A DNA stretch of 64,000 nt from Myxococcota bacterium (GCA_036337435.1 JAYZEG010000069.1:35685-99684); one strand, 5' to 3'; numbered from the stretch's first letter, positions 21,068-30,992 are shown. The notes: generated by a model from the sequence alone, not told the origin. Numbers and translations: made by a program.

Positions 21068-22633
21068 CTAGTAATCTTCCATTTGAGGCACGACCCTCAA
21101 GTTGCGAAGCGCTTTCTCCAATTGCGGGTTTTTTTTGTGTTGGTCAAGGGCATCGATCAACTTCTGTAGGTCCATTTGTTTCGAGTTGGCCTGCTCTTGC
21201 TCTTGTTTTTTCTGTTGGTCTTTTTGGTCTTTTTGGTCTTTTTGGTCTTGCTGGTCTTTCTGGTCTTGGTCCTGATTCTCGTTGTCGCCTTCACTGTCGT
21301 CGGGCGGATTGATCTTCACCTGATAGGTATTTTCTCGTTGTGTTGATGGGGCGATGCGCACCAAGACGTTCTGTACCTTGTCTGCTTTCGCCACCGAGAT
21401 TTGACGCCCGCCATGACCTAAACGGCCGTCCTCGAGTTTGTTTACACCCGCTTGGTCATAGAGACTCACATCCAACGGAGCCCGGTCGGGGTCGAAGGCA
21501 ACCTGAATTTGTCGCGCCTCGTCTTTTGGAATCGTGACCTTGAACCAGTCTGCGTCTCCAGGACAGGCTTTGAGGCCTGGAGAGTCTCCATCTTTGAGTT
21601 CCTTGGCCGTTGAAGGACTGTCATTGTCTTCCTGCTGATCGTCTACGGGACACGGAGGGACGGCTTCGACACGCACGTTGTATTTGTACTCGGCCTTTCC
21701 GGGTCCGCTGAGCCCAAACCGATATGTTCCAGTTGTACGCAACCCCGTGTAGCCAACAATTGCTTTGCCATCCTTCACGCGAGCCGTGCGCATGGGTCTG
21801 TCATTGTCAGGGCCGTACAGTTCCAGAGTAATCACGCGGTTTTCTGCATCGCTCGTATCGATCTCCCCGTCCGTCGTAATGAACAAAATCGCGTCTTTTT
21901 CAGCCTCCACGGTGTACCAGTCAGCGTTACCGGGACAAAGTACGCGGTCTTTTGCTTTTTCCGGATCATACGCTTTGGCGTTCTCTCGGTTGTCGTCTGG
22001 TTCATGATCGTCATCTCGCTTGTGGCAGGCAGGGTTTGCTTGATGCCATGCATATTCAAGATTCCAGCGTGCATCTTCATCTTTTGGATCGAAACTCAGG
22101 ACGCGCAGAAACTCTACTTGAGCATCATCCCAATTGCCTTGTTCCATGGCGACCAAACCTCGGTTGAAGGCAATGCGATTTCGCAGGGTGTCAATCCGCT
22201 TTGTTTGTTCAGGATGAGCACTTTCCTTGCTCTGCTGCTTTTTGTCGAGAAGTGCATCGAGTTCGGCAACGGCCCGATATGCCTGGTCTAATGCGGCTTT
22301 CGAATCATCGAATTTAGTCGCTGGAGCCTCGGCTTTTTCATCTGCGAGACCTGCATCGCCACGAACGACCGCCTCCGGCTGGACCTTTTGCGGGCTCTTG
22401 CTCTCCGGTTTTGTCAAATGAGCAACGCCGCGGACAAGGTGGACTTCAGGAGCATCGTCTCCAAAGCCCTGCAAACGCATCAAAGCACCCTGAGAATCTG
22501 CCCTACGGATCTGCTCTCTCGCCCCCTCGATGGTGGTATCATTACACGTGAAGGGTCCAAACCCGACGAGGAAGAGGGTCATCATGAGGAGCCGTCCGCG
22601 TATGCCGCGTCGAAAAAGTCGGTCTACGCTCAT
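21068..22633 (-). CDS. BatC-like TPR protein with two inserted PPC-like domains and a Q/D/K-rich linker
   Basis: TPR AFNRG...DARWNLE; two DDxxExxD...C.G.ADW(Y/F) modules; (QKD)n linker; position between batB and batD. Confidence 0.65.
   Translation of the reverse strand: MSVDRLFRRGIRGRLLMMTLFLVGFGPFTCNDTTIEGAREQIRRADSQGALMRLQGFGDDAPEVHLVRGVAHLTKPESKSPQKVQPEAVVRGDAGLADEKAEAPATKFDDSKAALDQAYRAVAELDALLDKKQQSKESAHPEQTKRIDTLRNRIAFNRGLVAMEQGNWDDAQVEFLRVLSFDPKDEDARWNLEYAWHQANPACHKRDDDHEPDDNRENAKAYDPEKAKDRVLCPGNADWYTVEAEKDAILFITTDGEIDTSDAENRVITLELYGPDNDRPMRTARVKDGKAIVGYTGLRTTGTYRFGLSGPGKAEYKYNVRVEAVPPCPVDDQQEDNDSPSTAKELKDGDSPGLKACPGDADWFKVTIPKDEARQIQVAFDPDRAPLDVSLYDQAGVNKLEDGRLGHGGRQISVAKADKVQNVLVRIAPSTQRENTYQVKINPPDDSEGDNENQDQDQKDQQDQKDQKDQKDQQKKQEQEQANSKQMDLQKLIDALDQHKKNPQLEKALRNLRVVPQMEDY
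21216..21249. repeat. 9-bp tandem repeat (TGGTCTTTT)x3+ encoding (QKD)n
   Basis: Three perfect units at 21216, 21225 and 21234 plus a partial unit; in-frame within the BatC-like gene. Confidence 0.85.
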
Positions 22634-23691
22634 GTCCTGACTCCGCGATTTCGTCGCTCGCTCAGTCGGCTCTCCAATAGGAGCAGTAGAAGTGCCGGGA
22701 AGAGGAAATATTGATACTTTTCATTGTAGGTATGGCGCATCGATGCCTGCAGTGCTGACTTCTGGAGACTGTCTAGTTCCTCCACAACAGTGCTTAGCGT
22801 ATCCTGTTGTCCGTCGAATTCGAAAACACGTCGCGCCTTTTTACTCTCTGGGTCCGACAGACTGGTCAGGGTGGTCAAGAGATCGATATTGAGCCGACTA
22901 TAGACCGGCTTACCCGAACTATCTTTTTGATAACCGGCATGTGAGCCGTCATCGTTGACAACAGGGATTGGCTCGCCGACCCGCGTACCGACGGCAATGG
23001 AAAAGACTGTGATGCCTTCCTTTGCTGCTTTGCTGGCTGCTTTTTTTGCAGCTTCGCCTTGGTCGGTTGCCACATCTTCGCCGTCTGTAATCAGTAATAA
23101 GACCCGGCTTCGACTGCTTTTGTCACCGCGGTCTTGTTTGCCTGTAAGAAGCTTAATGCCTTCCTCTAAAGCCATAGCGAGGTTAGTCCCACCAACAGGC
23201 ATTTGTGCCGGATCGAGGCTGTCCAAATAGAGTCGAACGGCACCTTGATCGGCTGTTAAAGGAGACTGTGTAAACGCGATCCCAGCGAAGGGGACCAGTG
23301 CAATTCGATCGCCCTTCAGCTCATCCATGAGTTGGCTCAGCAGCGTCCGCGCCGCATCGAGTCGCGATGGGTGAACATCTCTGGCCAGCATCGATTTACT
23401 GATGTCGAAGGCGATCGCAATGTCTACGCCGGTCTGACGTAGGGTCTGGGGACGCCGGCCGTACTGTGGTCTGAGGGCAGCCAACACGATCAGTGTCAGT
23501 GCTAAGACAAATAAGAGTTGCTTGACCAAGCGACGTTCAACGGACAAGGACGCGATGAGTTTTTGAATCAGTGGAACCGACCCGGCACGGCGCACGAGAT
23601 TCCGCCTGACCGAATGACCATAGGCAAACAGGGCGATGCTCAGAACGGGTATCACCATGAGCCACCATAATTCTCCTGAGCCCCAACGCAT
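22630..23691 (-). CDS. batB: BatB-like vWA domain protein
   Basis: N-terminal TM helices, MIDAS DISKSM, P.RL, GGTNL, LLITDGE and GT..GEPIP. Confidence 0.82.
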   Translation of the reverse strand: MRWGSGELWWLMVIPVLSIALFAYGHSVRRNLVRRAGSVPLIQKLIASLSVERRLVKQLLFVLALTLIVLAALRPQYGRRPQTLRQTGVDIAIAFDISKSMLARDVHPSRLDAARTLLSQLMDELKGDRIALVPFAGIAFTQSPLTADQGAVRLYLDSLDPAQMPVGGTNLAMALEEGIKLLTGKQDRGDKSSRSRVLLLITDGEDVATDQGEAAKKAASKAAKEGITVFSIAVGTRVGEPIPVVNDDGSHAGYQKDSSGKPVYSRLNIDLLTTLTSLSDPESKKARRVFEFDGQQDTLSTVVEELDSLQKSALQASMRHTYNEKYQYFLFPALLLLLLESRLSERRNRGVRT

Positions 23692-24749
23692 TATGGAAAC
23701 CTCCTGAGGAGAGTCTGGGAGAGCAAAAGTTCAATGAACAGGAGACCAAGCGCAGGCCACAGGAAAAAATGAAATAGCTCCGTTTTCTCGGCAGCCGCAT
23801 AATCGACCAGTCGTGATTTTTCGAATTCGTCTAGGATGTCGACAAAGTCCTTAGCCAGAGAATCGGTATCCGCCGCCCGATAGAAACGGCCCGAGGTCGT
23901 CTTTGCAATCTCTTCCAAAAGGCTTGGGTTGACTTGAGATGCGACTTTTTCGTAACGCCGTTGACGTGTGAATAGATCGACCACTTCTGTGGGTCGCCAG
24001 GTTTGATCTTCGCTGCCCACAAGGATGGGAAAAACCTTTATTTTTCGTTCTGCTGCCAATTTAGCCATTTCATTTGGTGCGATCTTACTCCCATTGTCTT
24101 CGCCATCCGTAATCAGGATGATTAATTGAGTCGTCGCCGAGCTGTCTTTGAATCGTGCGACGCTCATGGCGAGTGCATTGCCGATCGCTGTGCCAGTTCC
24201 ATCAATGTCGCCCAGCTTCATTTTGGATAAAATATTGAGCATAACCCCGTAATCGAGAGTGAGCGGGAACTGCAGGAAGGCGTCTTTGCCAAAAACAACG
24301 AGAGAGACTCGGTCATATTGTCGGGTCTTGACAAAGTTTCGCAAGACATCAACGGCACCGATGAAGCGATTGGCAGGCTCTTCGCCGGCGTTTTGAAGTG
24401 TGACCAATTTTTCCTCGCTGATGTCCACCTGTTCCATCGAGCCAGACATATCAAAAGCAACGACGATATCGATCCCCTCCACTTCGGCTGTTTCTGCTTC
24501 GGTCAGTTGAGGCCTCGCCAATGCAAGGAGTAGCCCGATGACAGCCGTGATTCGGAGGATGTAGGGTAGGTGGATCAGGTTTGCCCGAAGACCAGGTTTC
24601 AAGCCCTTGACCCTCAAATTTGCAGGGAAGGTCATGGACGCTTTGTTTCGCCAGCGCCTCAGCCAGCCGAAAATGGCGCCGAGGGCACTGATCAGGACCA
24701 GAGTCCACCAAAGGATTTGCGCGAACAGCGGTGCGTCGGCAAAGGTCAT
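23691..24749 (-). CDS. batA: BatA-like vWA domain protein
   Basis: LALARPQ, GIDIVVAFDMSGSM, PLTLD, GTAIG, LITDGE and IAKTTSGRFYRA. Confidence 0.85.
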   Translation of the reverse strand: MTFADAPLFAQILWWTLVLISALGAIFGWLRRWRNKASMTFPANLRVKGLKPGLRANLIHLPYILRITAVIGLLLALARPQLTEAETAEVEGIDIVVAFDMSGSMEQVDISEEKLVTLQNAGEEPANRFIGAVDVLRNFVKTRQYDRVSLVVFGKDAFLQFPLTLDYGVMLNILSKMKLGDIDGTGTAIGNALAMSVARFKDSSATTQLIILITDGEDNGSKIAPNEMAKLAAERKIKVFPILVGSEDQTWRPTEVVDLFTRQRRYEKVASQVNPSLLEEIAKTTSGRFYRAADTDSLAKDFVDILDEFEKSRLVDYAAAEKTELFHFFLWPALGLLFIELLLSQTLLRRFP

Positions 24750-25864
24750 TGGATGGTGCCTCCGTCCCGTAGACCCATCTCTTCCATGGGCTCGGTCACG
24801 CCCTCACCCGGTTCAGCATCCCGTCGACGGGTTAATTCGATGAGTCCATGTGCCTGCTTTGTAATGATTTCAATCTCAACCATGTTGGGTTTCACATTGG
24901 CGAATTTCACGATATCTGTTTCGTACAAGAAATCGGTAAGTGCACGCTCCCGCTCGGGGCCCAAACGCTCTCGCGCAGCCCAAGTTCTGATCTCTTCACT
25001 CGTCATTTCGAGTCCGTTAATGCCGTAGCGTTTTTTCAGATAGGCCCGGATGATCTCGGAAATGCGCACATAATAATCTTCGAATCGGTCCTGTTCCGGC
25101 AATCGGTCTGCCTGAAGTATATCAAGTGATTCGTAGGCAATGATATGTGCGGGTCTGGGGTCAACCCATGGTGCAGGCTCGGCCTGTCGCGCCTTCAGCC
25201 AGCGATTGAGCCAAATACCCAGTAGGGTAAAAGCCCCCCCCCCGAAGAGCACCATTAGTGTAATCAAGAGTGGCCAGTTAGTGACCCGATAAGGCGTTGG
25301 TCCATGTGCATCGAAGAAACGCTCTTTTGCTTTGGTCGCATCTGCAGTATCGACATCTTGGCCTGGCCTATCATAGGTTCTCGGTTTTGGGTCCGTCACC
25401 CCGGTCATTAAGGACTGAACTGGGATTCTCAGACCAGGGACGGGGTGCTCGCCAACTCCACCATCGGCCTCTGTCCAGACGACGACCAGTTGTTGAATGT
25501 GAACCTTTTTCATGGACTTGGGAATGACCTGAAAACGTCGAACGGATTTCAGCTGCCCATCACCATGGGCTTGCGCTGGTGAGGCCGCGAGTGGAGTAAC
25601 GTCCGCAGGGCTCGTCACCGTGAGCGTGACATCATCTCGATGGATGATGGTCATTTCGCAAACCACCGGTTGCCCGATGAGAACAGGATTTGGAAGGCAC
25701 ACCATCTTGACGGCCGGAGGGGGCCCCTTCGCCACCTTTTTTACCTCCGCCGGCACCTGAGCATCGCTTTGGTCTTGACCGACGCCCGGTAGGCCGCCGT
25801 CGGCTGCAAACCCCATTGAGCTCTGAGCCAACATGACGAGGGTAAGAAACACAGCCTGCCTCAT
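24746..25864 (-). CDS. Bat-operon membrane protein (signal peptide, one TM helix, C-terminal helical domain)
   Basis: P.H.IA...YY.RISEIIR.YL..RYGI..LEMTS.E...D.VKFA is typical of the gene between DUF58 and batA. Confidence 0.7.
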   Translation of the reverse strand: MRQAVFLTLVMLAQSSMGFAADGGLPGVGQDQSDAQVPAEVKKVAKGPPPAVKMVCLPNPVLIGQPVVCEMTIIHRDDVTLTVTSPADVTPLAASPAQAHGDGQLKSVRRFQVIPKSMKKVHIQQLVVVWTEADGGVGEHPVPGLRIPVQSLMTGVTDPKPRTYDRPGQDVDTADATKAKERFFDAHGPTPYRVTNWPLLITLMVLFGGGAFTLLGIWLNRWLKARQAEPAPWVDPRPAHIIAYESLDILQADRLPEQDRFEDYYVRISEIIRAYLKKRYGINGLEMTSEEIRTWAARERLGPERERALTDFLYETDIVKFANVKPNMVEIEIITKQAHGLIELTRRRDAEPGEGVTEPMEEMGLRDGGTIQ

Positions 25865-26745
25865 GCTCTCCTCGCTCTGATTCTGAAGTAGTTCACGAGC
25901 GGTGCCGCGTAGTCTTTGGCATCGGTTCTGACTTCGATTGGACTTAGTCCATAGCGATGGAATGTCTGATCCCGCTCAGCATTCGCCTTCGATTGTTTGC
26001 TTGCGAAGGCCTCTCTGACGCTGGAGCTGGCTGTATCAATGACGTGTCTTGTACCCGTTTCAGGATCCTCAAAAATGACCAATCCAAGCTGACTTATCAC
26101 ATCTTCCGCAGGGTCAACGATACTCAGCGGAATGAGGTCGTGGCGCCGTGCAGTAATATGAAGCGCACGGTCGTATCCCTCGTCAAGAAAGTCAGAGATC
26201 AGAAAAATGACGGCTTTTCTCTTGTTCACCCGCCCGACGAATTCCAAGGCGTGATTGAGGTCGGTTCCGGCTCCCGACGGATCAAAACGAAGGATCTCAT
26301 CGATGATCCGAAGGACATGTTTTCGGCCTTTTTTTGGGGGCACATAACATTCGACCTCATCCGTGAATGCGATCAGCCCCACTCGGTCGCCATTGCTGAT
26401 GGCAGAAAAAGCCATCATTGCCGCCAACCGCGCGGCGACGACTCGTTTTTCGTCCCGTACGGTGCCAAATGCCATAGAACCACTCATGTCCACCATGATC
26501 ATGACGGTCAACTCTCGTTCTTCCACGTACGTTTTCACGTACGGGTCACCTGTACGGGCTGTGACGTTCCAATCGATGGTACGTGGATCGTCTCCGGGCT
26601 GGTATTCGCGCACTTCGTCGAATGACATACCTCTCCCCTTGAAGACGGAGTGGTAATGACCCGCCATTTGCTGGTTGACCAAGCGCCGAGTGATAATCTC
26701 GATGCGCCTAATCTCAGCAAGCAGTTCTCGTGATAATTGGCCCAT
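25861..26745 (-). CDS. DUF58 domain protein (MoxR partner)
   Basis: G.YHSVFKGRGM.F.EVREYQPGDD.R.IDWNVTAR, EEREL, DMSGSM and FLISDF. Confidence 0.93.
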   Translation of the reverse strand: MGQLSRELLAEIRRIEIITRRLVNQQMAGHYHSVFKGRGMSFDEVREYQPGDDPRTIDWNVTARTGDPYVKTYVEERELTVMIMVDMSGSMAFGTVRDEKRVVAARLAAMMAFSAISNGDRVGLIAFTDEVECYVPPKKGRKHVLRIIDEILRFDPSGAGTDLNHALEFVGRVNKRKAVIFLISDFLDEGYDRALHITARRHDLIPLSIVDPAEDVISQLGLVIFEDPETGTRHVIDTASSSVREAFASKQSKANAERDQTFHRYGLSPIEVRTDAKDYAAPLVNYFRIRARRA

Positions 26746-26749
26746 CAGA

Positions 26750-27745
26750 TTAAGGAATTTCGACTACGTCCAAGACCTTTTCGATCAGGTCATCACTCGA
26801 CAACTCTTCTGCTTCAGCCTCGTAAGTCGGGATCAGCCGATGCCTGAGAATATCCGGGGCGATCGCTTTGATATCTTCTGGTAAAACCGCTCCGCGGCCC
26901 CTAATGAAGGCATGCGCTTTTGCGGCTCTTGACAGCCAAATGCTTGCCCGAGGGCTGGCACCGACTTCGATAAACCGTGAAAAATCCGCGCCCAGCTCGG
27001 GTACGTTGGCTGGCTCTCGCGTCGCGAAAACAATGTCTAGAATATATTCTTTGGTGCGGTCATCGATGTAAATATCTCCGATGATCTTGCGCGCATTGGC
27101 AATCGTTTCTGGCGTGATGATGGGGCGGATATCCAATGGGGCTGGGTCGAGCTGCCGATTGATAATCTCTCGTTCTTCGTCCTTGGTTGGATAGTCCACC
27201 TTGACGAGCATCATGAAGCGATCTACCTGCGCCTCTGGCAGTGGATACGTGCCTTCTTGGTCGATGGGATTCTGCGTCGCCATGACGATGAAGGGCTGTT
27301 GGAGCGGATACGTGGTATCACCGATGGTAACTTGGCGCTCTTGCATGGCTTCCAGCAGTGCACTCTGAACCTTCGCAGGTGCTCTATTAATTTCATCGGC
27401 CAGGATAATATTGGCGAAGATAGGCCCCTTCTTTGGGGTGAATTCACCACTCTGGGGGTTATAAATGAGCGTCCCGATCAGATCAGCGGGCAGTAGGTCA
27501 GGCGTAAACTGAATCCGCTGAAAACTGGCATCAAGTGTGCGCGCGAGCGTGTTGACGGTCAACGTTTTGGCCAGTCCTGGAACACCCTCTAACAACACAT
27601 GGCCGCCCGTCAAAAGACCGAGCAAGACGCGCTCGACCATTTGTCGCTGACCAACAATGACTTTCTCCACTTCGTGCAGCACATCGCGCACAAAGGCACT
27701 CTCAGTACGAACTAACTCTTGTACACCTCGGAAATCCGTTGCCAC
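26750..27745 (-). CDS. moxR: MoxR family AAA+ ATPase
   Basis: EGVPGLAKT, RIQFTPDLLP.D, LADEINRAPAKVQSALLEAM, ATQNP..QEGTYPLPEAQ.DRF and GASPRA. Confidence 0.95.
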   Translation of the reverse strand: MATDFRGVQELVRTESAFVRDVLHEVEKVIVGQRQMVERVLLGLLTGGHVLLEGVPGLAKTLTVNTLARTLDASFQRIQFTPDLLPADLIGTLIYNPQSGEFTPKKGPIFANIILADEINRAPAKVQSALLEAMQERQVTIGDTTYPLQQPFIVMATQNPIDQEGTYPLPEAQVDRFMMLVKVDYPTKDEEREIINRQLDPAPLDIRPIITPETIANARKIIGDIYIDDRTKEYILDIVFATREPANVPELGADFSRFIEVGASPRASIWLSRAAKAHAFIRGRGAVLPEDIKAIAPDILRHRLIPTYEAEAEELSSDDLIEKVLDVVEIP

Positions 27746-27778
27746 GAACCGCCTCCTTCATGATCATTTCAACGAAGC

Positions 27779-27806
27779 AAAATATGCAGAATAAAACGGA
27801 TGTCAA
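27779..27806 (-). promoter_or_regulatory. Putative sigma70 promoter for the moxR-bat operon
   Basis: Minus-strand TTGACA (27806-27801), 16-nt spacer, then TATTTT upstream of moxR. Confidence 0.45.
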
Positions 27807-27875
27807 CGATCCCGTTGCTCTATCTATTCCCCGACCTTAAATTTTCTTCCATTTTAGTCACCCGATGAATGGGGT

Positions 27876-27904
27876 TTGACAAATGAGACCATATAGACCA
27901 GGAT
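27876..27904 (+). promoter_or_regulatory. Putative sigma70 promoter for the divergent 27938 operon
   Basis: TTGACA, 17-nt spacer, CAGGAT (weak -10). Confidence 0.4.
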
Positions 27905-27937
27905 GCCGCGGCTCACAGTTCATTGAAGGACGCTTTC

Positions 27938-28138
27938 ATGAAAATTACAGATGACTTGCTCATGGACACCCGACTGGTCAAGCGTAACATTGAAAATGGT
28001 TTGGTGACTCAGGATGCTTATGAAAAGCATCTCGCTGACTTGAAGGATCTCAAAGATGTCGCTGAAGTCATCGACGTTGAAATGTCAGACGTTGGTGTCG
28101 CCCACGCTGAAGCGAAGGACACTGGCGAGAACGATTGA
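27938..28138 (+). CDS. Small conserved-looking hypothetical protein
   Basis: AAGGA RBS; D.R.V.RNI..G......Y..HL..L.D resembles a small deltaproteobacterial family I recall (not searched). Confidence 0.7.
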   Translation: MKITDDLLMDTRLVKRNIENGLVTQDAYEKHLADLKDLKDVAEVIDVEMSDVGVAHAEAKDTGEND

Positions 28139-28239
28139 TCTTCAGCATCACGCGACGTTGAAACGATAGATCTTTGTTTCTCAGCGCGCTCAGGGGTATG
28201 ATCGCCCCCAAGCAAATTACGTTGTGTGAGACGGTGAAG

Positions 28240-28581
28240 ATGGCAGACGACAGAGATTCTCAGCGGGTGTTTTCGACCGATCCGGACGGTCAAACGCGTA
28301 TAACCGACCGACCCAGTGTAGACCAAGAGGTGTCTCGCCCACTCCAAGACATGGACTTCTCGACGCATATCCTATCGTTGAATGCGATGGCTCTTCTTCA
28401 TCTCGGTGACGTGGACGGCATCGCTCAAGAAGAGCGAGATATCGAAGCCGCTGCCCACATCATCGACACGCTCGCGATGTTGAAGGCAAAGACGATCAAC
28501 AATTTGAATGCGAGTGAAGAGAAACTCCTCGACACGCTTCTCTACGAATTGAAGGTCAAGTACCTCCAAGTACGCGGGTAA
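28240..28581 (+). CDS. DUF1844 domain protein
   Basis: DFSTHILSL...AL.HLG...A..IID.L.ML..KT.NNL...E..LL...LYELK..Y. Confidence 0.8.
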   Translation: MADDRDSQRVFSTDPDGQTRITDRPSVDQEVSRPLQDMDFSTHILSLNAMALLHLGDVDGIAQEERDIEAAAHIIDTLAMLKAKTINNLNASEEKLLDTLLYELKVKYLQVRG

Positions 28582-28587
28582 GCTGCT

Positions 28588-29628
28588 TTGTTGCACCAAT
28601 GCATGACCGTAGCCGCCTTGGCTTGCCTCGTAAGTGCATGTTCGCCTCCCCCAAAATCGCCGGAGGCCAACCAGCCGAAAACTCGCTCTCAGGTCAAGCT
28701 GGCATCAAATAACGGCGCGACATCATGCCATCCCGACTTTGTTTCTGTATTCGCTCAAATCAGTCCATCAACCGTAGGAATCGCTGCAGGTCGACGGGAC
28801 GAGGGCCGCTTTCAAGCAAAACGCCGTGGCACAGCTTTCGTTTGGGATATCAATGGACACCTCGTGACCAATGCACATCTTGTGGCCGAATCCGAAATGG
28901 TCCGGGTTCGTCGACGAGATGGGAAAGTGTTCGTTGCTCGGATTATCGGTTTGGATGTCCCCACGGATTTAGCCGTTTTGAAAGTGGATGACCTTCAGCT
29001 CCATCCAGTCCCACGGATCGTCGCGCCCGACATCAAGCCCGGTGAGTGGGTTGCTGCTATCGGCCACCCGTTTGGAATGGAATATTCCATTGCGGTCGGT
29101 GTGATCAGTGCCGTTGGTCGGTTTGATGTGCCCGGTCTGACTCAGCATCGGGCCGAGTTTATACAATCTGATGTCGCCATCTTCCAGGGAAATTCAGGAG
29201 GGCCCTTGGTGAATACGCGGGGCGAGGTCATCGGACTGAATACAGCGAAGAAGGGTGAGGGTTTATCTTTTTCTACTCACATTTCCGCCGTTGAACTTGT
29301 GGTCAGTCGAATTATTAAACACGGTCATTTTGAGAGGGGCTTTGCCGGTTTATATCCTCAGGCCGTGTCCTATCAGGCTGCAGAAAATGCAGATTTAAGT
29401 GAGCCTCATGGTGCGCGGATCAGAGCATTGGTTGGTGATGGTCCTGCGGACAAGGCCGGTCTGCAACCTGGAGATATCATCCTGGCGATCAATGGTCGTC
29501 GAATCGTTCATCATAAAGCAGTCGCGTGGCAGATTGCAGCCACGCCGCCTGGGCGGGTCGTCAAGCTGTTAGTGGCCCGGGAAGATGAACGACTCAATAT
29601 TGCAATGACCTTGGGCCGATTACCTTGA
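28588..29628 (+). CDS. HtrA/DegP-family serine protease with one PDZ domain, probable lipoprotein
   Basis: Lipobox LVSAC; VTNAH, TDLAVL and GNSGGPL; PDZ GPADKAGLQPGDIIL. Confidence 0.9.
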   Translation: MLHQCMTVAALACLVSACSPPPKSPEANQPKTRSQVKLASNNGATSCHPDFVSVFAQISPSTVGIAAGRRDEGRFQAKRRGTAFVWDINGHLVTNAHLVAESEMVRVRRRDGKVFVARIIGLDVPTDLAVLKVDDLQLHPVPRIVAPDIKPGEWVAAIGHPFGMEYSIAVGVISAVGRFDVPGLTQHRAEFIQSDVAIFQGNSGGPLVNTRGEVIGLNTAKKGEGLSFSTHISAVELVVSRIIKHGHFERGFAGLYPQAVSYQAAENADLSEPHGARIRALVGDGPADKAGLQPGDIILAINGRRIVHHKAVAWQIAATPPGRVVKLLVAREDERLNIAMTLGRLP

Positions 29629-29672
29629 GCATCCATGTCTTCGAGCACCTTAAGCATCCATGTCCTCGAGCA
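29628..29672. repeat. 20-bp direct repeat (19/20 identical, 25-bp period) between convergent genes
   Basis: AGCATCCATGTCTTCGAGCA (29628-29647) and AGCATCCATGTCCTCGAGCA (29653-29672). Confidence 0.9.
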
Positions 29673-30189
29673 AGAGTTGGGCTAATTTTTCCCGCAGCAC
29701 GGGTGAATCAGGTCGCTGGTTGAGTAAACGCCTGCAGCGCTCGATGGCTGCCTGGTTTCGCCTGAGTGCCGTATCGACATTGATCAAGCTGAGCTCGATG
29801 CTGAAACGATCTTTGTACGATGCGCCCTGAAGTGCGCGCTCAAAATGAAGATAGGCCGCCTCGTGGTTCATTTGGCTCATTGCGACGAGTCCAAGCGCAT
29901 TGTCGAGTACGTGTTTGCGTCCCCAGAGCCGCAGTGCCCTTTGTTCGGAAATAAGAGCCCGAGCAGACTCATCTTGATGGCGTTCGAGCAGGTCAACAAT
30001 CTCTCCTTGCAGTCGCTGCGTCTTCCCATCCAGATACTTGTTCATGACCTTGAGATAGAGCAGGACGGAGAGGGTGAATGCGCCTAGGAATAAGCTCAGC
30101 CCAAACGCGTTGTTCCGAAGCAGATACGTTCCTAAAAATGAACCGAAGAGAAGAACCCATCTCAGGTCCACCTCGATTTGGGTATTCAT
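29650..30189 (-). CDS. Membrane protein with TPR-like C-terminus
   Basis: Two N-terminal hydrophobic segments and a TPR-like helical region; ATGA overlap with the upstream gene. Confidence 0.6.
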   Translation of the reverse strand: MNTQIEVDLRWVLLFGSFLGTYLLRNNAFGLSLFLGAFTLSVLLYLKVMNKYLDGKTQRLQGEIVDLLERHQDESARALISEQRALRLWGRKHVLDNALGLVAMSQMNHEAAYLHFERALQGASYKDRFSIELSLINVDTALRRNQAAIERCRRLLNQRPDSPVLREKLAQLLLEDMDA

Positions 30190-30992
30190 TGGGCGTTTCG
30201 GCAACACCGAAATCCGACATACTCTTTGATGAAACTACGGGCGGATACGCCCGGGATTCGCGATTCAACATCACAGGCTTGATCTCTATCACGGTGCCGC
30301 TCTGCGATTGTTTTCCAGCCGGCACCGTAATAGAACCGTGCGGAGCCATCGGCTTCATCTCGATCGCTAGACCATTCCCATAGATTACCGGTCAGGTCAT
30401 TCGCACCGTCACTCGACACGCAGTCTGAAAAGTGGCCCGTCGGTGCGACCGTACTCGAATTCTGCCCTGGATCACGATAGGCGTCTCTGACATTGCATGC
30501 GCCTCCTTCGAATTGGCTTCCGTACGTATAGAGCCGGTCATTAGGCCCTTGGCATGCGCGCATCAGCTCTTCTCGACGACACAAGCGCCAACCGATGGCC
30601 TCACAGGCCGCATTGGCATCTGCCCAACGCACACTGTGCCATGGGATGACATTCGCTTTAGAACAGGCTTCTGTGGGTTGATCGGGTGCCTCGTATTTAT
30701 CGCCGACCACTGTTGCGCAGGGAAAAGCCCACAGGCTTGAAGCCAATGGATGGCTGGCTTCATATTTGAAGATTTCAAATCGTCGACCATTGTCGTCGAT
30801 GGTCACGGTTTCCGGTACGTCCCGACAGGTCAATTCACCGTCAACCTCCGCCCGTCTCGTGGTCTCATTACAGTTGTAAGAAGTGGCGGCATCTGCCTCG
30901 ATTACGACACCTTGGTCAACGGCCAAGTTTGCATCCTCAGCCTCGCCACAGGCGAAAATGGTTAGGGCACAAATTGTTAGAGCAAACCTCAT
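30186..30992 (-). CDS. FGE-sulfatase (SUMF1-like) domain protein, Cys-rich, probable lipoprotein
   Basis: KYEAS, W..ANAAC...G.RLC, DLTGNLWEW and GFRCC; ATG 30992 follows GAGGA; signal peptide ends IFAC. Confidence 0.8.
   Translation of the reverse strand: MRFALTICALTIFACGEAEDANLAVDQGVVIEADAATSYNCNETTRRAEVDGELTCRDVPETVTIDDNGRRFEIFKYEASHPLASSLWAFPCATVVGDKYEAPDQPTEACSKANVIPWHSVRWADANAACEAIGWRLCRREELMRACQGPNDRLYTYGSQFEGGACNVRDAYRDPGQNSSTVAPTGHFSDCVSSDGANDLTGNLWEWSSDRDEADGSARFYYGAGWKTIAERHRDRDQACDVESRIPGVSARSFIKEYVGFRCCRNAQ

Noticed and set aside
25957..26625. 222-aa antisense ORF
   Set aside because: Lies entirely opposite the well-supported DUF58 gene.
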